Shown: positions 39,606 through 46,132 of the stretch, piece by piece | Layout of the letters: each line of letters starts with the position of its first letter | Position numbering within the stretch: position 1 is the stretch's first letter | Source of the DNA: a virus | Taxonomy: Duplodnaviria > Caudoviricetes | Direction: 5' to 3' (one strand) | Length of the DNA: 64,000 nucleotides | Virus record (IMG/VR): IMGVR_UViG_3300026549_000040 | Location: 1 to 64,000 of that record | Made by a program: the position numbers and the translations under genes | Notes under the pieces: model-generated | What the model was told of the DNA's origin: nothing | The model's input: the letters and a program-made list of their open reading frames with translations, nothing else | The model's database searches: none

Positions 39606-40541
39606 ATGTTATATGATTTTATTAATGAAGCATTTATCTTAGAGAGTGAAGAACTCAATGAAGATAAAATGGTTAAGTACGATGGAGAATTATCTCCTAA
39701 GTTTGGCTGGTGTGCTATTTACATAGGTGGTCCGGCTTCTGGTAAAGGAACTGCTACTAAGTTTCTTTCTAGATTAGAAGGTGATTATTTTAACGTAGAT
39801 AATCTTAAAGAAATAGAAAGAATGTGGCAGATAACAGATCCTAAGACTGGTAAGCCACACTCAGATAATTTCAAAACACCTTCCGAGATTGTACCAAAAC
39901 TTGATAAAAACGGTGATCCTGTTATAAGTAAAGAAAGAAAAAGCCCGTGGACTGGTAAGAAAACAGGTGGTGAAGAAGTATATTATGATAAATATCGTAA
40001 TATGGGAAATAGTGATTTCGTATCAGAACTTCATGGAGAGATGAAACCTCTTGGTAAGAAATGGCAAAATTCTATGCTTAATAATCCAGAAAATGAAACT
40101 CGTAATAAGGATAGGTTACCGAATCTTATATTTGATATAACGGGTGATGATCCAAGGAAGATTATGAAGATTATCGATCCATTAAAAGCACAGGGTTACA
40201 AAATTGCTATTATTTGGATGCTTACTACACCAGAAAAGGCTATATTAAATAATTTCAAGAGAGATAGAAGTGTAGACGTTAGACAGGTATTACTACCTAA
40301 ACATAAAGGTGTTATGGACGCTGTAGAAGATATGTTCTCTTCTGATAAGATTAAAAAAGTTGATGAATTCTGGGTTATCGATACAGATGCAGGTGTAGAT
40401 CCATTCAAGGATCCTGTAGGTTATCATAATGCACAGAATGTTTATCATATTCCAATTATGCAAGATGGAATTAAAACAATTTCATATATAGCTGATAGAA
40501 TAGCTACTAATAGAGAACAATTGAATACTTATGGCTTTTAA
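39606..40541 (+). CDS. P-loop kinase (zeta-toxin/AAA_33-like)
   Basis: IGGPASGKG, FNVD, LIFDITG, A...N..R.RSV. Confidence 0.65.
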   Translation: MLYDFINEAFILESEELNEDKMVKYDGELSPKFGWCAIYIGGPASGKGTATKFLSRLEGDYFNVDNLKEIERMWQITDPKTGKPHSDNFKTPSEIVPKLDKNGDPVISKERKSPWTGKKTGGEEVYYDKYRNMGNSDFVSELHGEMKPLGKKWQNSMLNNPENETRNKDRLPNLIFDITGDDPRKIMKIIDPLKAQGYKIAIIWMLTTPEKAILNNFKRDRSVDVRQVLLPKHKGVMDAVEDMFSSDKIKKVDEFWVIDTDAGVDPFKDPVGYHNAQNVYHIPIMQDGIKTISYIADRIATNREQLNTYGF

Positions 40542-40554
40542 TTTCAATTTTATG

Positions 40555-40596
40555 TTTACATATTTAAAATATGTGTTATAATAATTATAGGAAGAG
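40555..40596 (+). promoter_or_regulatory. sigmaA-type early promoter with conserved AATTATAGGAAGAG leader
   Basis: TTTACA-N16-TATAAT with TG extension; same leader at 46960 and 60019. Confidence 0.7.
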
Positions 40597-40609
40597 AGGA
40601 GGTAAACAT

Positions 40610-40876
40610 ATGAATACGGAAATGGCCAAGTTAGTAGAATTGCTTATGGATGATAAGCTTCCATTTCAGGTTGTTATACAGGAAGATCTTGAGGCTACTC
40701 AAATTTATATTCCAAATATAAATAATCCTATATTTGACGTGGTATGTAACAAATATAGTGAGGGTGGTGTTTCAGGACTTTTGGAAATATTAAATCATGT
40801 ATCAGGAAAGCATACTGGATATCTAAATTGTGAAGATGCTTTTGACATTATAAATCTATGGGCAGGGGGTGGTTAA
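40610..40876 (+). CDS. hypothetical protein
   Basis: GGAGG RBS; SEGG..GLLEI. Confidence 0.6.
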   Translation: MNTEMAKLVELLMDDKLPFQVVIQEDLEATQIYIPNINNPIFDVVCNKYSEGGVSGLLEILNHVSGKHTGYLNCEDAFDIINLWAGGG

Positions 40877-40877
40877 T

Positions 40878-41183
40878 ATGATGAGACTTGGGGATATTAG
40901 AGCAGATCTAGAGCAATTCGACTACTGTGAACTAATATTTAATCTTTCATCTTCTGGTTGTGATAGAGGTAATCTTGGATGTAAATATGTATATGAATTA
41001 CTTCAAAGAGAAGATGATTATGAAATACCTTATAATTGTTATGAAATCATATATGATTGGGATGATTTTGTAGATGTAGATGGAGTAGATTGTGTATGTT
41101 TTTATGATGATGACAAAGGTTTTTTAGAAAATAATAAGAAGTTTTTTGAAGTTTATGGAAAACCAAGAGAGGAATGGATATGA
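40878..41183 (+). CDS. acidic hypothetical protein
   Basis: ORF. Confidence 0.55.
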   Translation: MMRLGDIRADLEQFDYCELIFNLSSSGCDRGNLGCKYVYELLQREDDYEIPYNCYEIIYDWDDFVDVDGVDCVCFYDDDKGFLENNKKFFEVYGKPREEWI

Positions 41184-41479
41184 AAACAACATGTGTAAAT
41201 ACAAAAAATTCAAATATCAGCAGTAATACAGCTCCAGCTAGTATTAATATATCTGATATGTTTTTTAAGTCATACTCAGAACTAAAAGTATCTAAGGTTA
41301 TTTATAATAATCCAGCTACTATCGTATACTTTTCAGATGGATCTAAATCGGTTGTGAAGTTACATCCTGAAGATACTTTTAATGAAACAACAGGACTTCT
41401 TATGGCTATTTCAAAAAGATTGCTTGGCAGTAAAAATTTGCACAGAGCATTAAAAGATTTTACAAAAAATTACGATTAA
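41180..41479 (+). CDS. conserved phage protein
   Basis: KVIYNNPATIV.FSDGSK.VVK...D.F....GL..AI.KR. Confidence 0.7.
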   Translation: MKTTCVNTKNSNISSNTAPASINISDMFFKSYSELKVSKVIYNNPATIVYFSDGSKSVVKLHPEDTFNETTGLLMAISKRLLGSKNLHRALKDFTKNYD

Positions 41480-41482
41480 ATG

Positions 41483-41511
41483 TTTACAATATTGTAATTG
41501 TATGTTATATT
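41483..41511 (+). promoter_or_regulatory. sigmaA-type promoter of the tRNA/ncRNA island
   Basis: TTTACA-N17-TATATT with TG extension. Confidence 0.65.
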
Positions 41512-41590
41512 AATTATACAATCAGGAGTTGATTGGACTATAAGCAATACTTACCCTCTAGTGTATGGGGCAATATACACTAAATAATTT

Positions 41591-41664
41591 TGCGGGATCG
41601 TCAAGTGGCAAGACAACGGGCTCATTACCCGTTACCGTAGGTTCGAATCCTACTCCCGCATCCA
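41591..41664 (+). tRNA. tRNA-Met(CAT), initiator-like
   Basis: Cloverleaf; GGG/CCC anticodon stem, U1-A72, encoded CCA. Confidence 0.85.
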
Positions 41665-41668
41665 ATAT

Positions 41669-41750
41669 GGGGATGCGATGGGCGTTCGACTCGGCTTAAA
41701 CCCAAAGTGAACTGTCGAGGACATCGGTTCGAATCCGATCATCTCCACCA
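41669..41750 (+). ncRNA. ssrA: mini-tmRNA: tRNA-like domain only, no mRNA-like domain
   Basis: GGGGATG...TTCGAC 5' end, G3.U70, P2a CTCGGC/GTCGAG closing an 18-nt loop, GAC connector, T-arm, CATCTCC-ACCA. Confidence 0.8.
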
Positions 41751-41764
41751 TATTAATAAATTAA

Positions 41765-41851
41765 GCGGCTGTGTCGGAACTGGCAGACGACTCGGACTTA
41801 AAATCCGATGCTCCTGTGAGCGTGTGGGTTCAAATCCCACCAGCCGCACCA
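41765..41851 (+). tRNA. tRNA-Leu(TAA)
   Basis: Cloverleaf with long variable arm, CCA. Confidence 0.95.
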
Positions 41852-41858
41852 AAGGAAC

Positions 41859-41913
41859 AGACACAAACAGCAAATATGATGTTCTTAATAGGGTAAAAAG
41901 ATATTGTGTCTAG
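41859..41913 (+). ncRNA. AACAGCAA stem-bulge element 1 (candidate Y-RNA-like)
   Basis: AGACAC-aAACAGCA-AATAT...ATATT-GTGTCT-AG. Confidence 0.55.
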
Positions 41914-41938
41914 GTAAGTTTTATAGGAGGAAGTAAGC

Positions 41939-43465
41939 ATGGGATTTGTTGAAAACTTAAAAGTAGAACAGAATAACGATAACGAAATGAATCTAACGGA
42001 AAACTTAGCAGTTGCATATAAAACAACTGGTGAGTATTTGTTAGATTTTAATTTTAAGGTAACGAATTTAAGACATTCAAGCTATGAAGATGTAGTTACT
42101 AACTTTAAGAAAGTTTACTACAGTGATAGCACAACAGCATTGAAGTATTTATTCTATGTTGGTGACATTAGATATGGTTTAGGTGAAAGACATATCTTCA
42201 AATCTTGTTTTAAGTGGCTTGCAGAAACTCATGGAGATAAAGTAAAAGGTCTTCTGTTTCTTATTCCAGAATATTCAAGATGGGATGTTCTTGTATCATT
42301 AATTAATTGTGATAATAAGAAGATACAGAAAGAAGTTACTAATATCATCCGTATCCAATTAAATAAAGATAAATATGGCATGCTTAATAACAGATCTATT
42401 TCATTACTTTCTAAGTGGCTGCCATCAGAAAATGCTTCTTCTAAAGAAACAAAAGAGTTAGCAAAGATTGTAAGAACCAATCTTAAAATGACTCCTAAGA
42501 AGTATAGAAAAACTTTGAGTACATTAAGAGCTTATCTTGATGTGGTAGAAACTAAGATGAGTGCAAAAGATTGGGATAAGATAGATTATAGTTCTGTTCC
42601 ATCAATTGCTAATATAAACTACTCAAATGCTTTTATGAAGCATGACCCACAGAGAAGAACACAATACTTAACTGATCTTAAAGAAGGTAAAACTAAGATT
42701 AATGCAGGTGTACTTCAGCCACATCAGATTGTATATAGATATGTTAATGGTCATGATGGGTGGTATAATGATGTTTCAATCAAGTATGATGAAACTTTAG
42801 AAGAACTATGGAAATCATTGCCAGATGTTTGTACAGAATCTACTTTAGTAGTTAGAGATGGTTCTGGTTCAATGTATACTTCTGTTAGTGGAAGAATAAG
42901 AGCTGTGGATGTTGCAACAGCACTTGCTATTTACTGTGCAGAACATACAATGGGTGAATTTAACGATAAGTTTATTACTTTTTCTTCTCGTCCTAAGCTT
43001 GTAGATTTATCTTATTGTGAATCTTTAGCAGATAAGATTGATAAAGCTTATCTTGAAACAGAAATGTCAAATACAAATATTTTTAAAACTATGATGTTGG
43101 TTTTAGATACTGCTGTTAAATATAAGATGAAACAGGAAGAACTTCCACGTAATATTCTTATTATTTCAGATATGCAGTTTGATGGTTCAAGATTTAATCT
43201 ATCAAAATCTTTATTCGATGAAATAAAGGACGAATTTAAGAAGTATGGATATAAAATGCCAAGAATTTGTTTCTGGAATTTAGATCCATATGATTCAGAA
43301 ACTATTCCTCTTAAGCAAAATGATAATGGTTTAATCCTATGTAGTGGATTTTCAATAAATAATTTGAATATGTTTATGAGTGGAGAGATTGATCCTCTTA
43401 AAGTCTTATTAGACATATTAAATTCAAAACGGTATGATGCTGTTGAAGCAGCAATAGATAGATAA
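41939..43465 (+). CDS. DUF2828-family protein (helical domain + vWA, Ro60/TROVE-like)
   Basis: LTEN.A.A...TG...LD, DIR.GLGER, KWLPSE, IDYSSVPS, MIDAS DGSGSM, ISDMQFD, FWNL, SGFS. Confidence 0.85.
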   Translation: MGFVENLKVEQNNDNEMNLTENLAVAYKTTGEYLLDFNFKVTNLRHSSYEDVVTNFKKVYYSDSTTALKYLFYVGDIRYGLGERHIFKSCFKWLAETHGDKVKGLLFLIPEYSRWDVLVSLINCDNKKIQKEVTNIIRIQLNKDKYGMLNNRSISLLSKWLPSENASSKETKELAKIVRTNLKMTPKKYRKTLSTLRAYLDVVETKMSAKDWDKIDYSSVPSIANINYSNAFMKHDPQRRTQYLTDLKEGKTKINAGVLQPHQIVYRYVNGHDGWYNDVSIKYDETLEELWKSLPDVCTESTLVVRDGSGSMYTSVSGRIRAVDVATALAIYCAEHTMGEFNDKFITFSSRPKLVDLSYCESLADKIDKAYLETEMSNTNIFKTMMLVLDTAVKYKMKQEELPRNILIISDMQFDGSRFNLSKSLFDEIKDEFKKYGYKMPRICFWNLDPYDSETIPLKQNDNGLILCSGFSINNLNMFMSGEIDPLKVLLDILNSKRYDAVEAAIDR

Positions 43466-43469
43466 AATT

Positions 43470-43535
43470 TAGACACGAACAGCAATTTGCAAGATCAGTT
43501 TTATTAGCTTCAGAAATAATAAAAATTGTGTCTAG
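43470..43535 (+). ncRNA. AACAGCAA stem-bulge element 2
   Basis: TAGACAC-gAACAGC-AATTT...AAATT-GTGTCTA-G. Confidence 0.55.
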
Positions 43536-43555
43536 TTCATACTTACCTCCTTTTT

Positions 43556-43638
43556 TAGGCCCTAACAGCAATCAATATGTTTTATAAAAGCTTGTTACTA
43601 TGTTTATTTAGAGAAAATACTTTTATTATAGGGCCTAG
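43556..43638 (+). ncRNA. AACAGCAA stem-bulge element 3
   Basis: TAGGCCCT-AACAGCAAT...AGGGCCTA-G; compensatory stem changes relative to elements 1 and 2. Confidence 0.55.
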
Positions 43639-43645
43639 CCTATAT

Positions 43646-43721
43646 GACCCATTAGCTCAGTCGGCAGAGCACCTGACTTTTAATCAGGGTGTCCGGAGTT
43701 CGAATCTCCGATGGGCCACCA
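43646..43721 (+). tRNA. tRNA-Lys(TTT)
   Basis: Cloverleaf, CCA; A2-C71 mismatch. Confidence 0.9.
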
Positions 43722-43725
43722 AAGA

Positions 43726-43802
43726 GGACCATTAGCTCAGTAGGTTAGAGCATCCGGCTCATAACCGGCAGGTCGTAGGTTCAAGTCCTACATGGTCCAC
43801 CA
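43726..43802 (+). tRNA. tRNA-Ile2(CAT), lysidine type
   Basis: GGACCAT acceptor and body resemble Firmicute Ile2 tRNA. Confidence 0.8.
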
Positions 43803-44001
43803 AATATAACTTTTATATGATGAATATTAAAATATAACTTTTGTATGATGGATACTAAAAAACCTTATGTACTTTTAGAAGATATTGTAGGATTTTATGA
43901 AAAGTTAAATAAACTTAAAAAAAGTCATTATCCTATAAGATATATAAAGTATATAATGAAAAAAGATTTTGATAAACTTGATATAAAGTTTTTATAAATA
44001 T

Positions 44002-44077
44002 GGAGCTTGTCCTCGACGGTATTGAGGGCTGGTCTTATAAACCAGTACACGAAGTTCAACTCTTCGGGGCTCTACCA
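44002..44077 (+). tRNA. tRNA-Ile(TAT)
   Basis: CTGGT-CT-TAT-AA-ACCAG arm, T-arm, ACCA. Confidence 0.8.
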
Positions 44078-44083
44078 AAATAT

Positions 44084-44268
44084 AACTTCATGGCAATCCA
44101 ACATAAGTAGTTCTAGAACAATGCTTATGAGATAGCCGCCTGAAGCAACAGGTCGACTTTAATAAAGGGACGGAGTCGATACAACAATACTCACCGTGGG
44201 TTGATCACCACAAGAATTCCGGAAATATAGAGAAAGAATCCGTAGAACGAGCTTGAAGCCATGAAGTT
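44084..44268 (+). ncRNA. unclassified ~185-nt structured RNA
   Basis: 11-bp closing stem AACTTCATGGC/GCCATGAAGTT with several internal hairpins. Confidence 0.5.
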
Positions 44269-44275
44269 TACTTAT

Positions 44276-44349
44276 GTGATATTAGTGTAAGGGTAGCATA
44301 TCTGCCTTCCAAGCAGTTGGTATGAGTTCAAATCTCATATATCACTCCA
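44276..44349 (+). tRNA. tRNA-Gly(TCC)
   Basis: Cloverleaf, U73, CCA. Confidence 0.9.
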
Positions 44350-44351
44350 TA

Positions 44352-44555
44352 ATTAAGGGAACGGAAAACAGCGGATGCCCATAAAGAGAGAACCTGTCCG
44401 AAAGGTTCTGGAGTGTAGTGGCTACTCGGCTACCCTTAATAACTGATTTTATCCTGAATTATGTTACGGGCGCCACGGTGTCAGTAATCCGCCATAGTGG
44501 GGTATACCAAATGACGACTCCCCAGGGGTCCGGACATAAATAAGATAGAATTGGT
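44352..44555 (+). ncRNA. two adjacent unclassified structured RNAs (44352-44440, 44442-44555)
   Basis: Closing stems ATTAAGGG/CCCTTAAT and CTGATTTTATC/GATAGAATTGG; GC-rich internal hairpins. Confidence 0.4.
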
Positions 44556-44757
44556 AAAGTCCAGGTCAGCTCAAGACTATAAAAGGAAAAAAATAAGGCT
44601 CTTTGGCTGAACGAGGGCCACATACATGGGTTGTGACCCTTACGCTCATAGGTTTATTCCATACCAGTGAGAACATGATTTAAAAGGAATACGTTATCCA
44701 GTTTGCGTAAAATTATGGTTTGTAGTTATCCTTATACTGGAGAAAAACTACTTATAT

Positions 44758-44833
44758 GCTCCCGTAGTCTAACGGATAGGACACGTGGTTTTCATCCACG
44801 TAATGCGGAGTTCAACTCTCCCCGGGAGTACCA
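44758..44833 (+). tRNA. tRNA-Glu(TTC)
   Basis: Cloverleaf, CCA. Confidence 0.9.
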
Positions 44834-44921
44834 TATACGAGGTCGCCGCAAAAGTAATGATCTCATCTCCCAAGTCGTAGTAAGATTTGTGCGGTGAAAG
44901 CTTGGGAATATCATATTATAT

Positions 44922-44998
44922 GTCCGTGTAGCCGAATTGGCATAGGCATCTGACTTAGGATCAGAATTTTGGGGGTTCGAGTCCTCTCACGGACACCA
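44922..44998 (+). tRNA. tRNA-Leu(TAG), short variable loop
   Basis: Cloverleaf, A73, CCA. Confidence 0.85.
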
Positions 44999-45000
44999 AT

Positions 45001-45087
45001 CGAGGGTTGTCCGAGTTGGTTTAAGGTGCCAGTCTTGAAAACTGGTGGACGATAGTCCCCTGGGTTCGAATCCCAGACCCTCGGCCA
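45001..45087 (+). tRNA. tRNA-Ser(TGA)
   Basis: Long variable arm, G73, CCA. Confidence 0.92.
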
Positions 45088-45088
45088 T

Positions 45089-45173
45089 CGGAGAGTAGCG
45101 TAGTGGCGAACGCAGCGGACTGTAAATCCGTGACATAGAAACATCGGTGGTTCGAGTCCACCCTCTCCGACCA
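45089..45173 (+). tRNA. tRNA-Tyr(GTA)
   Basis: Cloverleaf, C1-G72, A73, CCA. Confidence 0.9.
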
Positions 45174-45189
45174 TTATAATTTACAATTA

Positions 45190-45264
45190 GGTCTGGTCGT
45201 TCAATGGATAGGATAGTGGATTGTCGCTCCACAGATCAGAGTTCAATTCTCTGTCAGACCGCCA
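45190..45264 (+). tRNA. tRNA-Asp(GTC) copy 1
   Basis: Cloverleaf, G73, CCA. Confidence 0.9.
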
Positions 45265-45276
45265 AAACAGTTGTAA

Positions 45277-45472
45277 GTCTGTAAGAGTATTCGGTTCAGC
45301 CTTTACCGCTCGTAAAACTTTCCGTGATGACAATCGTTAAGGTCAAGTGGTGGTAAGCACACAGCCAATGTAAAGTGTGGTTAAAGGTTAGAGAAATGCA
45401 GAAAGAGACGGCGATAACCGTTCAGACGTATCCTGAAAGCATAGTAAATAATCAACGATGCAAGATGCAGAT
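45277..45472 (+). ncRNA. unclassified ~195-nt structured RNA
   Basis: GTCTGTA/TGCAGAT closing stem; AGCCTTTA/TAAAGGTT arm; three small hairpins. Confidence 0.4.
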
Positions 45473-45487
45473 CTCGTAAATATTTAT

Positions 45488-45564
45488 GGCTCCATAGTTC
45501 AGTTGGTAGAGCGGCAGGTTGAAGCCCTGCGCTTGCGATAGTTCAATTCTATCTCGTTCCACCA
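45488..45564 (+). tRNA. tRNA-Phe(GAA) with disrupted acceptor stem (pseudo-tRNA or decoy)
   Basis: D, anticodon and T arms intact; GGCTCCA/TCGTTCC has three mismatches. Confidence 0.7.
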
Positions 45565-45571
45565 CAAATAT

Positions 45572-45648
45572 CTGGGTATGGCTCAGTTTGGTAGGGCATC
45601 TGATTTGGGTTCAGAAGGTCGCAGGTTCAAATCCTGCTACCCAGACCA
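45572..45648 (+). tRNA. tRNA-Pro(TGG) copy 1
   Basis: Cloverleaf, CCA. Confidence 0.92.
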
Positions 45649-45767
45649 TATAAAGCGCAGAATGGCTACCAGTCAACCGATTGCAAGGTTTTACTGAAAT
45701 ACAGTTTCGTGCGCTATATAAATAGATAGCCCCGTATGTGATGTAGGACTGGCGCATTACAAAATTT

Positions 45768-45842
45768 GGTCTATTGGTATAATGGTAATTATATTCGGTT
45801 GTCAGCCGAAAGATACGTGTTCAATTCACGTATAGACCGCCA
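45768..45842 (+). tRNA. tRNA-Asp(GTC) copy 2
   Basis: Cloverleaf, G73, CCA. Confidence 0.88.
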
Positions 45843-45968
45843 AACAAAGCACGCTTTATAGCCCAAGCAGACCCACCCTTACTCTGGCAAGCTATAAAGA
45901 AGACGATATAATAACATGTCACACAAGTAGTGTAACGGGAGGGGTGACAACTTTTATGGAAATTATGT

Positions 45969-46044
45969 GGGTTGGTAGCTTAAATAGTGAAGCGGTCGCC
46001 TGTTAAGCGACAGAGTGTGGGTGCAAGTCCTACCCTTCCCGCCA
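45969..46044 (+). tRNA. tRNA-Asn(GTT), atypical
   Basis: Two U-U pairs in acceptor, T-loop TGCAAGT, G73, CCA. Confidence 0.8.
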
Positions 46045-46050
46045 TAATGT

Positions 46051-46127
46051 GTAGCCTTAGTTTAATTGGTAAAACGCCAGTCTCCAAAACTGGAAGATAT
46101 GGGTTCGAGTCCCAATAGGTTATGCCA
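46051..46127 (+). tRNA. tRNA-Trp(CCA)
   Basis: CCAGT-CT-CCA-AA-ACTGG, G73, CCA. Confidence 0.88.
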
Positions 46128-46132
46128 ATAGT

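Noticed and set aside
41669-41750. Ordinary tRNA (Leu-UAA, Ala or ochre suppressor)
   Set aside because: No D-stem and no proper anticodon stem around CTTAAAC; the tmRNA-type UUCGA, helix 2a and GAC connector fit much better.
43532-43556. Minus-strand RBS with Met-Asn-stop mini-ORF
   Set aside because: Two codons only, antisense to the tRNA operon; the + strand anti-SD reading is preferred, though not proven.
44084-44710. RNase P RNA, SRP RNA, 6S RNA, or GOLLD/ROOL large RNAs
   Set aside because: No GAGGAAAGUCC/P4 or SRP helix-8 core, not a 6S-like rod, and the spacers are too short for the giant RNAs; an Rfam scan is still needed.
45900-45950. Twister ribozyme
   Set aside because: GGAGGG resembles the 3' end, but the conserved L1/L4 core could not be fitted.
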